The notes: a model not told the origin generated them from the letters alone. Numbered from the whole stretch's first letter, positions 12,422 to 25,601 are shown. The stretch: 63,291 bases of DNA, filler included, from Octopus bimaculoides (GCF_001194135.2; 7 parts of 7 records of this genome joined end to end with filler, not necessarily neighbours in it); one strand, 5' to 3'. A program made the numbers and translations.

Positions 12422-12951
12422 AAATGCCCGGATGCAGTACCAGGCAGTAGCTCTCATGGCTTCTGATCTTAATTGATTGGAAGTGTTATCATGTACATTG
12501 TTTTGTCTTGGTATAAAAAGATGGGCTACAGCAAATATTCTGCTTAATACCACAGATTTGCTTGTCAGTTGTTTGACCTTAACCAGCTGAACATGTCCCT
12601 TGGTGGCTGACGATATGTGCATCTCTGATCATGAGCAGAAGTAGTGGAGGAGTATTGAGAGGAATTTTGGAGTTTTGAATAATTCATCTCTGGAAACATG
12701 GGTGTTTTGCTCAACATCCTTAAATGAACCTTATTCAGAGACCTTTTGAGTGGTATGGGCTACTCGACCTGAAGAAAATTCTAGCTGCGAGGTCATGCGC
12801 TGTTTATCTTGATATGAGATCACCATGTCGCGCACATATGGTTGTGATGCATGTGCCTGGTGTACCCTTATCAGACGTGTAGTCATGATGGGTATACTGG
12901 GCTTCGTATATTTTACCCCAGTGTCACTTTGATGGCATGCACTGCTCTCTC
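12422..12951 (+). mobile_element. TAA-flanked interspersed element (family F), longest copy
   Basis: About 530 bp with (AAT)n on both sides, ending ...GGCATGCACTGCTCTCTC(ATA)n. No tRNA-like head or TIRs seen. Confidence 0.8.
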
Positions 12952-13063
<112 letters not shown>

Positions 13064-13080
13064 TAACAATATCAATATCA

Positions 13081-13421
13081 AGGCAGCGAGCTAGCAGAAT
13101 CGTTTGCAGAATCGATGGAATAATTGAACAGAGGAGACGATGTACGAGGTTGTGCTGAAAAGTTCCTGGCTTTAAGGGTTTTGCGAAAGTCCTAACTGGA
13201 GGCCCAACCTTCTGAGTTCTTTTACAGTGCGTAGAAAAACTGAATGATCGCCGCAATAAGTGTGTGAATCTAAGAGGGGAATATGTTGGATAAAATCATG
13301 ATTAACTGATCCTCTTGCATTTTCTTTTACCCGTAGCCTGGTACTTTCCAGCACCTTATGTAATCGACTTACATTCTCCCCCGAAATTACCGGCCTTGTA
13401 TCAAAATATGAAACCAATATT
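13081..13421 (+). mobile_element. SINE family B, internally deleted, split by a mariner MITE
   Basis: Head AAGGCAGCGAGCTAGCAGAATCG at 13081. The motif (g)ACGATG-TA/TA-ATCGACTT is split by the MITE. Tail ...GAAACCAATATT. Confidence 0.7.
13143..13362 (+). mobile_element. Mariner-derived MITE with TA TSD
   Basis: TA-CGAGGTTGTGCTGAAAAGTTCCTGGCT ... AGCCTGGTACTTTCCAGCACCTTATG-TA form imperfect TIRs. The interior retains a transposase C-terminus remnant LNDRRNKCVNLRGEYVG* (mariner RW.KC....GDYVEK). Confidence 0.8.
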
Positions 13422-13716
13422 CTTTTCTACTCTAGGCACAAGGCCCGAAATTTTTAGGGAGGGGGTCAGTCGATCAGATCGACTCCAGGACGAAACTGGT
13501 ACTTATTTTATCAACTCTGAAAGGATGAAAAGCAAAGTCGACCTCGGCGGAATTTGAACTCAGAACGTAGCGGCAGACGAAATACCGCTAAGCATTTCGC
13601 TCGGCGTGGTAACGTTTCTTATTGCCCACTTGGGGCTAAACACACAGAGGGGACAAACAAGGACAGACAGAGGGATTAAGTCGATTAGATCGACCCCAGT
13701 GCGTAACTGGTACTTA
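13416..13716 (-). mobile_element. SINE B dimer: B1 3' half fused to a headless B2 copy
   Basis: On the minus strand GGGCAATAA|GAAACGTTACCACG; truncated by a gap at 13718. Confidence 0.88.
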
Positions 13717-14370
13717 NNNNNNNNNNNNNNNNNNNNNNNNNNNNNNNNNNNNNNNNNNNNNNNNNNNNNNNNNNNNNNNNNNNNNNNNNNNNNNNNNNNN
13801 NNNNNNNNNNNNNNNNNNNNNNNNNNNNNNNNNNNNNNNNNNNNNNNNNNNNNNNNNNNNNNNNNNNNNNNNNNNNNNNNNNNNNNNNNNNNNNNNNNNN
13901 NNNNNNNNNNNNNNNNNNNNNNNNNNNNNNNNNNNNNNNNNNNNNNNNNNNNNNNNNNNNNNNNNNNNNNNNNNNNNNNNNNNNNNNNNNNNNNNNNNNN
14001 NNNNNNNNNNNNNNNNNNNNNNNNNNNNNNNNNNNNNNNNNNNNNNNNNNNNNNNNNNNNNNNNNNNNNNNNNNNNNNNNNNNNNNNNNNNNNNNNNNNN
14101 NNNNNNNNNNNNNNNNNNNNNNNNNNNNNNNNNNNNNNNNNNNNNNNNNNNNNNNNNNNNNNNNNNNNNNNNNNNNNNNNNNNNNNNNNNNNNNNNNNNN
14201 NNNNNNNNNNNNNNNNNNNNNNNNNNNNNNNNNNNNNNNNNNNNNNNNNNNNNNNNNNNNNNNNNNNNNNNNNNNNNNNNNNNNNNNNNNNNNNNNNNNN
14301 NNNNNNNNNNNNNNNNNNNNNNNNNNNNNNNNNNNNNNTATAGTCTCCTGAACCGATTTTCTTTCACACA

Positions 14371-14900
14371 TCATTACCATCATCATCATCATCGTCGTCG
14401 TCGTCGTCATCATCATCATCATCGTCGTCGTCGTCATCGTCGTCATCGTCGTCGTCGTCGTCGCCGTCGTTGTCGTCGTCGTCGTCATCATCATCATCAA
14501 TGTCATCATCATAATCATCTTCGTCATCATCATCATCATCATCATCATCACCACCAGCACCAGCATCATCATCATCACCATCACCATCATCATCAACATC
14601 ATTATCATCATCATCATCATCATCATCATCAACAACATCATCATCATCATTATTATCATCATCATAATAATCTTCGTCATCATCATCATCATCCCCATCA
14701 CCATCATCATCATCATCATCAACATCATTATCAACATCATCATCATCACCATCATCATCTTCATTATCATCGTCATCATCAACACCATCATCATCATCAT
14801 CATCAACAATAACAACAGCATCAACGTCAGCATCAGCATCACTATAGTTACTACGATTACCTCGGTGATGATGATGATGATGATGATGATGATGACGCCG
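14371..14900. repeat. Long degenerate trinucleotide array (ATC/GTC/ACC)n
   Basis: Directly visible; it produces the spurious poly-Met ORF 13685-14947. Confidence 0.95.
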
Positions 14901-14994
14901 ACGAAGAGAGCGACGGCCACTACCATCATAATCATCACAAGTACCACAGANNNNNNNNNNNNNNNNNNNNNNNNNNNNNNNNNNNNNNNNNNNN

Positions 14995-15006
14995 TTAATT
15001 AATTAA
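14995..15006. other. Artificial scaffold linker
   Basis: TTAATTAATTAA centred in a 100-bp gap. Confidence 0.9.
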
Positions 15007-15207
15007 NNNNNNNNNNNNNNNNNNNNNNNNNNNNNNNNNNNNNNNNNNNNATACATATATATATATACATACATACATACATGTATACATACAGATATAT
15101 ATGTATATATATATACATATACACAAAGACATATATATTTACATGTATATATATACACATATATGTGTATACACATATATGTGTATACACATGTTTATAT
15201 ATATATG

Positions 15208-15247
<40 letters not shown>

Positions 15248-16723
15248 CATATGATATAAAATATATATATCTATACATATAGAGAGAGATGATATATATA
15301 CAGACATACAAATACACATTTACATTTATACGTATGTATATATAAAGAAAATATTTTTTGTACATAGTTGCGTGATTACCTGCTCTTGCGTATGGGAAGT
15401 TTATATTTACGCACACACATACACACACGCACACACACACAAATACACACACACACGTATATATATATTTGTGTGTGTCTATGTGTGTATCTATGTATTT
15501 GTAAAAACAATATGTATACACACACACATACAAACACACGCACACGCATACACGTACTCACACACACATACACATACACACATATATTTCTATACATATC
15601 GTTGCTTGTGGAAGTTCGTGAAAATATATGTTTACTTAGATGCCTGTATGTATACCAGTAGAAGAAATTGTATGTCTGCATGCACGAAACTCTTCGTGCG
15701 CATGTGTGCCGGTGTGTTCCTCTATGGAATGAAATTGAGTGTCTTGCACTGTTTCTCGCTCTCTGTCTCTCTCCTTCTCCATATCTTTCCTTCTCTCTCT
15801 CTCTCTCCTTTTTCTCTTTCTGTCTCTTTCTTTCTTTCTCTTGTTAATAGTAAATATTTTCTTGGATAAAATCCATTGTTATTGTATATTTATTTTTTTG
15901 TGTTTGTGTTTGTTTTTCATATATCTATTACGTTTTTGTCCAAAATATATAAAAGGCTTTTTGAGAGAACTTTAGTGTTCTTCTCAAACTGAATTTCTGG
16001 AGATGCTGGTGATGTGGATGCTGTTAAACATAATTTATATAGACGTATCAGAGGACAGTTTCTTAGAATTTTGGTAAGTTGTTCAGGAAGATTAGAGTAC
16101 ATTCTCTGCAGTTATGATGCCAGAGGGAAGAAAACTTAATGTGAAGTTGAAAGGATCTTCGTTAAATAATGTGGCGATTTGTGTAAGTGACCTGGATACG
16201 TTTAAATACACCCGGTCTTAGATTCAAAGAGTAATGATTTCGAGTTCATGGGCTCGAGACAGTTTTTTACGGAGTTTGAACGTTAGAATGGAAGCAATGA
16301 CTAGAATGAATGGAGTTCTCAGTTACGGGAGTTGTTTCCAGTGTTTATTAAGATATCTATAGTATTATTACGGTGAAAGGAGGAGATATGCTTATGCGAG
16401 AGATTGAATGAATGAAATTTCTTATGGCGAGGGCTTCTTGGCATAACGAAATTTCTGCAGTTATTGGAAGGTTGCATTTGATCTAAGGACACTATAATGC
16501 TAAAATAAAATGAAGAAAGAAATTCTCAGGAATTTATTGCCTTTTTAATTTTATTTCATTGTATTTTATTTCAGTGAACAGGTTAGATTCTCTTTCCTTT
16601 TAAATATGTCAAAGTTTAATGAATCCACTTCAATGTATTACTGGTATTTATTTGAACAATGTTGAAAAGATTAAACATTATCCTTGGAACCGTTAGGATT
16701 TGTTTTGATAACGAATAAAGGCA

Positions 16724-16756
<33 letters not shown>

Positions 16757-17466
16757 CAATAAATCTCTTGATCCTTTACTACATTATCTTTGCTCTCAAA
16801 TCAATAAGGAAATATCGACTTGTTTTTCATGATAAATGTCTGTGGAGAAATCATAGCTTTGTTTCGTTTTTCATTTTACTTAGGATTTTTTGAAAAATAA
16901 TCAGTTCGAAGATATTTTCCTTTCTTTGGTACATGAAAATAAAATCCGTGAACGTAGAATTTAATTTTTATATATATGAATTTGTATTTTAAAGCGATAA
17001 TGTTTTTTTTATTACATATATGATTTTACACTACAAAACAATTTTAATCCTTTTGTTTATGAACACATACTTGCAAATCTATAATCTAAAATGAGATTAT
17101 AAATAATTAAACATGAAAATTGCATAAAAAATATATACGTTGATTTTGATGATAGCTTTACAGGGATTATAGTTATAGTTAAATAGAATCATATCATAGT
17201 GTAAAGTAGATTGAAATTCAAAGCTGCTTCATAAAGGAATTGAGACCGTCTGGAAGAAAGAAAATAAGAAAATATTTTACCACGTGTATCAATCGACAGC
17301 AGTTGTTCGAATGTTTATTGTACGTTACATAGAGATTATTATTTTAAATCTGGTTTACAAATAACAAGGGAACATTTACCGTTGGGAAAACTCCATACTG
17401 TGATTAGAGTCTAATATAATAAATAGTCCCAATCAACTTAAACTTTGATATATACGTGTGTGAGTA

Positions 17467-17513
<47 letters not shown>

Positions 17514-17523
17514 NNNNNNNNNN

Positions 17524-17559
<36 letters not shown>

Positions 17560-17922
17560 TCTCTCTTAAATGATGCCTAACTGAGAGGGTCAATCTACTT
17601 CTTATGGTATTTTTACTCAGAACCAAATTATTAATCACGGTTTTTCATGATATACTCGGACTACGCATGTTGGAACTCATCATTTAGTTCAGGGCGCTGC
17701 TCAGATTCATTACTTCTCATCAGAACCAGATATATACCAAGAAAGATAACTCTGAGCTGACTTGATAGCTTTGCTTCCTTTATCATAAATCAGTCAGTAT
17801 TATTGATTGATAAAGTACACTAATCGCCAGAGCGTAACAAATACGTAGCAAAGTGCATGAAGCAGTAACAGAATGAACACAAACTTAAAACCAGTTGAAA
17901 TATGTTTGAAATTATAAACATA

Positions 17923-18351
17923 GGCGCAAGAGTGGCTGTGTGGTAAGTAGCATGCTTACCAACCACATGGATCTGGGTTCAGTTCCACTGCGTGGCACCT
18001 TGGGCAAGTGTCTTCTACTGTAGCCTCGGGCCGACCAAAGCTTTGTGAGTGGATTTGGTAGACGGAAATTGAAAGAAACCCGTCGTATATATATGTATAT
18101 ATATATATATATATGTGTGTGTGTATATGTGTCTGTGTGTGTTTGTGTGTCTGTGTTTGTCCCCCCAACATCGCTTGACAACCGATGCTGGTGTGTTTAC
18201 GTCCCCGTAACTTAGCGGTTCGGCAAAAGACATCAATAGAATAAGTACTAGGCTTACAAAGAATAAGTCCTAGGGTCGATTTGCTGGACTAAAGGCGGTG
18301 CTCCAGCATGACCGCAGTCAAATGACTGAAACAAGTAAAAGAATAAAAGAG
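17923..18351 (+). mobile_element. SINE family A, best-preserved full-length copy
   Basis: GGCGCAAGAGTGGCTGTGTGGTAAG A box, GGGTTCAGTTCC B box, GTGGCACCTTGGGCAAGTG CORE-like block (octopus OR2 is a described CORE-SINE; identity to it is not verified), internal microsatellite, AAACAAGTAAAAGA tail. Confidence 0.92.
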
Positions 18352-18786
18352 TATATATGAAGTTTTCTTAAATTTGTATCATTTCCGTCACTACTTCGCC
18401 CACCAGCTCACGAAGTTTCTTTCCGGCCCGGCGGCCATAAGCGCATTTTTTCTGTGTATGTATGTGCATTTGTGTATATGTGTTTGTGAGTGCGTATGTG
18501 CGTACTTTCATGTGTGCATGCGTGCGTATATACATATATGCATACTCATGCATGTATTTACATAGATATATATGTAAGTATACGCACATATGCACAAACG
18601 CACACACGCACATATGCACAAACGCACACACGCACATATGCACAAACGCACACACGCACATATATGTTTATTTTCAATATTGACGTCTTTGTTGTTCATG
18701 TTGCTATTGCTGATCAGTATTAGACTAGTCTTAAATGAGTATACCAGTGATCATAGGTATCCCTAACCATGACCATCCCAGCTTTC

Positions 18787-19147
18787 TTATATTCCGCGTA
18801 AGCGAAACCATTGTAATGTAATCGCTCGTGTTTGTCTATTTGTGTGTTTGCAAAATAACTGGAAAACGGCTGAACGGATTTTCACCAAATTTGACAGAAA
18901 TACTCATTGGGTGAGGGGCTCGAAGTCATTATTTTGGTTTGATTATTTTCAAAACTGGCAAACGAGCGAATCAAAATGTTTTTTTTCTTTGTTATATATG
19001 CATAAACGATAAGCAGAGGAAATAATTCTTGATGTCATTTTGTTGAAATATGAATTCGTCTGAGAATATATTTATTAAATGAATTAAATTTTGTTTTATC
19101 CTTGAGGTGCGCGCAGGGTATGCATCGCCCCTCCGATGCCTTTTCTT
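18787..19147 (+). mobile_element. Helentron-associated non-autonomous element (HINE/DINE-1-like)
   Basis: 5' TTATATTCCGCG, short GTTTGTCT/GTGT repeat, AAAACGGCTGAACGGATTTTCACCAAATTT block, 3' GCGCAGGGTAT followed by the hairpin GCATCG-CCCCTC-CGATGC and a T-rich end. Confidence 0.55.
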
Positions 19148-19699
19148 TTAGGGTCGTTGCTGTTACTTTCATCTCGTTTGTTGCAAATCGCCATATTTTC
19201 CTTCTTTATTCAGAGAAGCCTGTTTTTCTCTGTCTGGCAGCTATAGCAAAGAAGGTTGGGTACAGGACGAGTTTGAAAGTTCTAAGGATTGAGGCTTTGA
19301 CAGAACCCTCATCGGCATATTTATCTGAAGTTGAAAACAGATGTGCTGTCCTCTAGTGAATTTTTTGAAACTTGTTTGAGAATGGTGAAAATGACAAAAG
19401 CGGATTGGACTGCTCAAAGATAAGTCTGAACGTCCAGGAAAGGGGCCATGGAGAAATTTATTGCCGTTGCTGTTCATGCGGATCTTGGATGCGTAGAGTT
19501 CACTGATTAACCAAAGTTAGAAGCCCTTTTATTTCAGCAGGACTATTTAATCATCCTTCATTATTTGTGGAACATGAAAATTTGTATTTCAAGATTCTTT
19601 TTCGCCTTTATTCGATTCTTCTAAAGAGGTCCCCACACTATGTGTGTCTTTGTCCTTCTCATCTGTTCTTTTAGTAGCAAATAAAAATCACCGTCATCT

Positions 19700-20330
19700 G
19701 ATCATTATCATCCTCGGTGTCATCATCATCATCATCACCATCATCTTAATCATAATCATCATCACCACCAACACCATCACCACCAACATCACCACCACCA
19801 CGACGACGACCACCACGACCACCACCACCACCACCATAACTATCGCCATTATCCTATCGTCATCGACGTCATCGATCTCATTCTCCTCTTCCTCGTCGTC
19901 CTTCTCCTCCTCTACAGTATCATCATCCTCATCATCATCATCATCATCAATAACAATAACAACATCATCTACGCCGTTGTCATCATTGCAATTGTTGTTT
20001 TTGTTGTTGTTGTCACTAACGTCTCATCGCTAAGTTGTGTCATTTCGGTATTGTTATTCATGTTTTTGCTACTGCTGTTGTTGTTGTCATAGGTGGTGGT
20101 GGTGGTGGTGGGGGGTGTTGGTGGTGGTATTATTGTTGCTGTCAGTTCGATCACTTGTTGTTGGATTTGCTATTGTTATTGTTGTTCTTGTCTTTGTTGT
20201 TGTTGTTGTTGTTTTTGAAGTTTGATATTGTCATCCTCGTCAATGATGCTCTGAAGGAGTGATTGTCGTTGTTGTTGTTCTTATCGTTGTTGTTATTTAA
20301 CTTCTATAGTTTGTTATAGCTGTTGTTGTT
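19700..20330. repeat. Compound trinucleotide tract (CAT/CAC/TCG then GTT/GGT)
   Basis: Directly visible. Confidence 0.9.
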
Positions 20331-21306
20331 CCTCTGACATTTCCTAGTTTGGCAAAAACTCTGAATGCTAGTTCCCCTGTTGCCATGATAACCAAAGTAA
20401 ATAAATAATTCATGCGTTTGCAATCATCAAGCGAGGCCAGGAACTGTCATCGTGATGACGGTATTCACCCAGTTCTCCCCCACCCTACACCCACCAGCCA
20501 CCGCTCCCCTAACCCCTATCCCTTACTTCTCTTTTCTCCGCTGTCATCACTTTCATATGATATTTGAAGCCATAGAGAGAGAGAAGTCTTGCCATATATG
20601 GAAGATTGATTGTCTGGAAATATTGCACTCTTTGTCCTCGTTCTTCGTCGATCCACCGCTTCTCAGGAAAACACGTGTGTAAATGAAGCGATTATATATA
20701 TGTGTATATATATATATATNNNNNNNNNNNNNNNNNNNNNNNNNNNNNNNNNNNNNNNNNNNNNNNNNNNNNNNNNNNNNNNNNNNNNNNNNNNNNNNNN
20801 NNNNNNNNNNNNNNNNNNNNNNNNNNNNNNNNNNNNNNNNNNNNNNNNNNNNNNNNNNNNNNNNNNNNNNNNNNNNNNNNNNNNNNNNNNNNNNNNNNNN
20901 NNNNNNNNNNNNNNNNNNNNNNNNNNNNNNNNNNNNNNNNNNNNNNNNNNNNNNNNNNNNNNNNNNNNNNNNNNNNNNNNNNNNNNNNNNNNNNNNNNNN
21001 NNNNNNNNNNNNNNNNNNNNNNNNNNNNNNNNNNNNNNNNNNNNNNNNNNNNNATATATATATATATATATATATATACACTCTCACACTCACACACACA
21101 TGCATAGATATATATGTACGAGCCTACAAACACACACGTATACTGTGAAAAGGTAAGGACGTCACAGAAAGAAAGGAGAGAGAGAAAGATAGAGATAATG
21201 AGAGATACGTATGTAAAATATTATGTGTGTATACTAGTGCATGTGTAGCTGTGTATACGGTGTGATTATATGTATTTTACAGGTGCTTGTGCTTTTCCTG
21301 GTCTGC

Positions 21307-21337
<31 letters not shown>

Positions 21338-22056
21338 GTGCGTGTGCGTGTTTGTGCGCGCGTGAATGTGTAGATAATATACGTATACGTATGCATGTAT
21401 TTTATAAATATGTGTGTGTATTTATGTACTTATTTTTGCGAGTGCGTGGACTTGTGTGTGTGCGTAAGTATGGATGTGCACGTTAATGTGTTTGTCCTGG
21501 TGAATATAAAATCATTATGAATTGACTCCTATCCAATGACGATAGGTCAGAGAAGTCCAGACTCTAATCTTGTTAACCCTTACTAATATATTAATTCAGT
21601 TCAGAGGTTGTCATCTTTGCGTAAGTTAACAACACACAGACAGACCTTGCTAACTTACAGACACTAGAGAGCTACATCCTCGTCTCCTATTGTCTCGAGT
21701 CAGTGTTAGTGTGAGACGGTTAGATTGGTTATTGGCCAACAGACGAAAGTGCTTTACCTCTCACGCCTGTCTGGTGTTACACTGAACCAGAAACCATTTT
21801 CGGATACCACCACAAGTAAATCATGACTAAATAAATAAAAGACGGATGGTGATGTAGTAAAATAATTTGTTTTAAGTAACCAGAGGAAGCGAGTGTTTTG
21901 TCCTTGTTAGTTCTATATTTAAAATATTGTTTATAGTAAATTTTTGATTATAGAGAAATTTAAGTTCGCTTGTGACAGTTAACTGCAAGGCTTTAGGTGT
22001 TTAATGTATTATACTCGTGACCTTAGTGTATAATATCACGAAGTTTTATGTACGTG

Positions 22057-22260
22057 TTATTTCATTACTACCCACAAGGTGCTACACACAGAGGAGACAA
22101 ACAAGGACAGACAAACGGATTAAGTCGATTATATCGACCCCAGTGCGTAACTGGTACTTATTTAATCAACCCCGAAAGGATGAAAGGCAAAGTCGAGCGG
22201 CAGACGAAATACCGCTAAGCATTTCGCCCGACGTGCTAACGTTTCTTCCAGCTCGCCACC
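22057..22260 (-). mobile_element. SINE family B (B1 tail) with the B-box region deleted
   Basis: Head and core match 3656-3885. Confidence 0.85.
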
Positions 22261-23971
22261 TATTACAGTATGTGTAATATGGAAACAATAAAAACTTAAG
22301 TTTTATGGACATGAATACCTATATTCATGTTTCTGTTATGTATAATTCGTTGAAGTTCAAATCATTATCGAAATCAATGTTTTTCAAGGAGTTAGAGCTG
22401 TGAGGATTGAAAAAGGGCCAGAAAATTGCTAAGTTGAATAAAATTAATATGTCTGAAAAATTTTAAGCTTGTCTAGTATCATGGCGTAGAATGAAGAATT
22501 ATATGGAAGCATATAATAAAGAGACAGGAGAGTGTAAAAATGTCACAAGTATGTTGTTGGGGAAACAGAGCATAAGTTGGAAAATATTTTAGTACTAGAT
22601 ACAAATTTCAAGTTAATAAGGACGTCTGCATCTATGATGAGGAAATAACGAACCTTTAATGTTACAATTTCTTAGGTATGGGCATTGTATTTATTTACTG
22701 CCTTTGAAATTAAGGTTTCAACTACATTCATATACGGGCTCTTAAAGAACTCCTTGAAATGAGATATTCAAATTTGGATATCTTCTAAAATGAGCCAAAT
22801 CGTTCCTGTGATATTATTTCTTCACAGAAATAGCGTCACAGCTTTGAAATAAATAGAAGATTGTATTTTTAAAAATTCTTGTATGTTATGAAGAAAACAT
22901 AGCTAACTTCATTATTGCCTTTTCATTTGCAGAGCGCTTCTGAGAAATTCCAGTAGCGAACATTACTATCTTTCGACTGCAAACACTGTTAAAGTGTTCT
23001 ATATTTACTTAGTAATTCTCTCATTCTTAATTATGTAAGTATGTTAAAGTTTATATTTGACGTTGAAGATCAAATACACATGCACAATCATACGCACATA
23101 CATGAATATATAAATGTACACGGTACTCTACATATATAAATATATATACATGTACGCAGTGCTTCAGCATGGCCGCAGTCACATGACTGAAGCAAGTAAA
23201 AGAATACACATATATACACACACACGCACACAGACACACACAAAAACACACACGCATGCGCACACATACACACACACACATACACGCATATATACTAGTA
23301 TCCTAGATTGCATAACTATAACTAATAAGTTTCGCAAAGCCCGTTTCTTTAAACCGGTATTGCACATCAGTGCAAGATAACCACAAACATCGGCCGAAAG
23401 TTTGTCGAACTCCCCCCTCACACACACACGCACACACACAAACACACATGCACACATACATACATACACATATACACACGTGCATATATGTATATATATA
23501 TATAGTATTAAACGTATGCATATGTATGTATACATATGCTTATACACTGCTAAGTGTACGTTTACGATGTTATTTTTTTTTTATTAATAAATGATCCATT
23601 AGCTATTTTGTCTGAGATAAACCAAAAATTAAAAGAACGAAAACATAACATAGAGGAATGGACTACAAACGGATAGGACGAGGAACAGACACACACCCAC
23701 ACCTACAACCCGTCCCCCCATCGCCACTCTCATTGGCAATTGCTTATTGATTAGCAAGAGTAAGTATTTTTCTATCTAATTATATATCTGTATAATTCTC
23801 ATGAACAAGAGCGGGGTAAGGGTTGGGTGAGACGGGGGTAAGAAAACTTGCCTTTGATTAACTTTATTAATTAACTCTTCCTGAGTGTGTCACACCCCTT
23901 CACCATACATTTCAGAAGGACGTTCTGTTGTTGGTAATCGTTTGTTGTTCGTTGTTTTTATTTATATTTTA

Positions 23972-24026
<55 letters not shown>

Positions 24027-24135
24027 TTTGCCATAATGATAACAATGATGATGATGATGATCCTGATGATGATCGTGATCATGATCATAATGATCCTTGT
24101 AATCCTCATATTCATTATCATCATTATTTACTTTA

Positions 24136-24204
<69 letters not shown>

Positions 24205-24215
24205 CATTATTGTTA

Positions 24216-24286
<71 letters not shown>

Positions 24287-25061
24287 AAGAAAACATTATT
24301 TTATCATCATTAATCATCACCATTCTCATCATCGTCGATGCCATCATCATCATCATCTTTGTTACCACCGGTGATGACGTAGCCGTTGTTATTGCTTACA
24401 CAGTGAATTCCCAATAGCTGTTGATCAAATTGTGGAAATTTACGTTCGAATCAGCACACTTTCCCTGTCTGGTCGATATGCAGAAGTTAAGAAACAATAT
24501 TTATTTATGTATGCTAAGTATTCTCTGTCCTCAAATTTAGGGGAGTTTGGTGGTGTTTGGAGGGGGTTGGTGGTGAAGAATTGAATAAAAAAAATATATG
24601 ATTAAAAGGAATAATGTGTTATTAATTAGGGGATTACAAACCGTAAGTTAATAATGAAACATTAAGTAAATGTTCTCTCTCTTGAAGTGGTCCCCTTTAT
24701 ATTTTTATTCAGTTTTCTATATTGTTATTTATTCGAAATTTTTTGATGTGTGAAAAGGCTCGGCTGAAGAACTGTGTTTTAGTTTCATAATTATATTTTT
24801 TCTTAGAATTTTGATAGCAGGATAGAGTTTTGTAATTCTGTAAGAATGAAGAACAGAGCGGAGTGGGGGTAGACATTTGGTGTTCACGCAAGATTAAACT
24901 CTCAAGAGATAACAGACCTCAATGTTCTTGGTGTTTATGGAAGGAACGGTGTGTAGGTATGATGATAAAAAGATTGAGAAAGAGAGACAGAGAGAGAGAG
25001 AGAGGGGGGAGAGAGAGCGAGAGAGAGAGAGAGAGAGAGAAAGAGACAGGATGAGTGAATG

Positions 25062-25114
<53 letters not shown>

Positions 25115-25129
25115 CAGGATGAGTGAATG

Positions 25130-25166
<37 letters not shown>

Positions 25167-25560
25167 GAGGGTGAAATAAAACGAAAGAATGAGCGGGAGA
25201 CAGAAAGGATGAGATAGTTAAACAGAAATGGAAGTGGACAAAGAAAACGAAAGAAAAAGCATACACAGGGAAGGGGTGTAAGAAAAGAAAATAGTTAGAA
25301 GTAAAAGAGACAAATCGAAAGATAACGGGAAAGATGAAATTTTGGTCAAACAGTCCTGGAATCTATAAAAACTACAAAAGTTGAGATCTTCAAGAGGAAA
25401 TGGAGTGGGGAAAATGGAGGAAAATATTGCGACAGATTTGCGGTTTGTGGTATTTGAAGGGTAATAATGACGTAATAGGAGTGACATGGCGGCATTCAAG
25501 CTGAACAAAAATCTCGTCACGAATTTGGTGGATATAAATAATGTGTGTGTGTGTGTGTGT

Positions 25561-25601
<41 letters not shown>

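Noticed and set aside
13685-14947. 420-aa Met/Thr-rich ORF
   Set aside because: It is a (GAT)n array plus a 620-bp N gap.
15973-16590. Splice-like signals (TTG|GTAAGT near 16075; TTTCAG|TGAACAG|GTTAGA microexon near 16575)
   Set aside because: Such short motifs are frequent in AT-rich DNA, and there is no recognisable peptide or other support.
17923-18000. SINE heads as extra tRNA genes (also 3885, 4357, 58668)
   Set aside because: They have A/B boxes but no complete cloverleaf or anticodon arm, and are followed by SINE bodies.
21494-21813. Possible solo LTR (TG...CA, CCAAT, unique sequence)
   Set aside because: No TSD, weak terminal inverted match and no second copy in the window.
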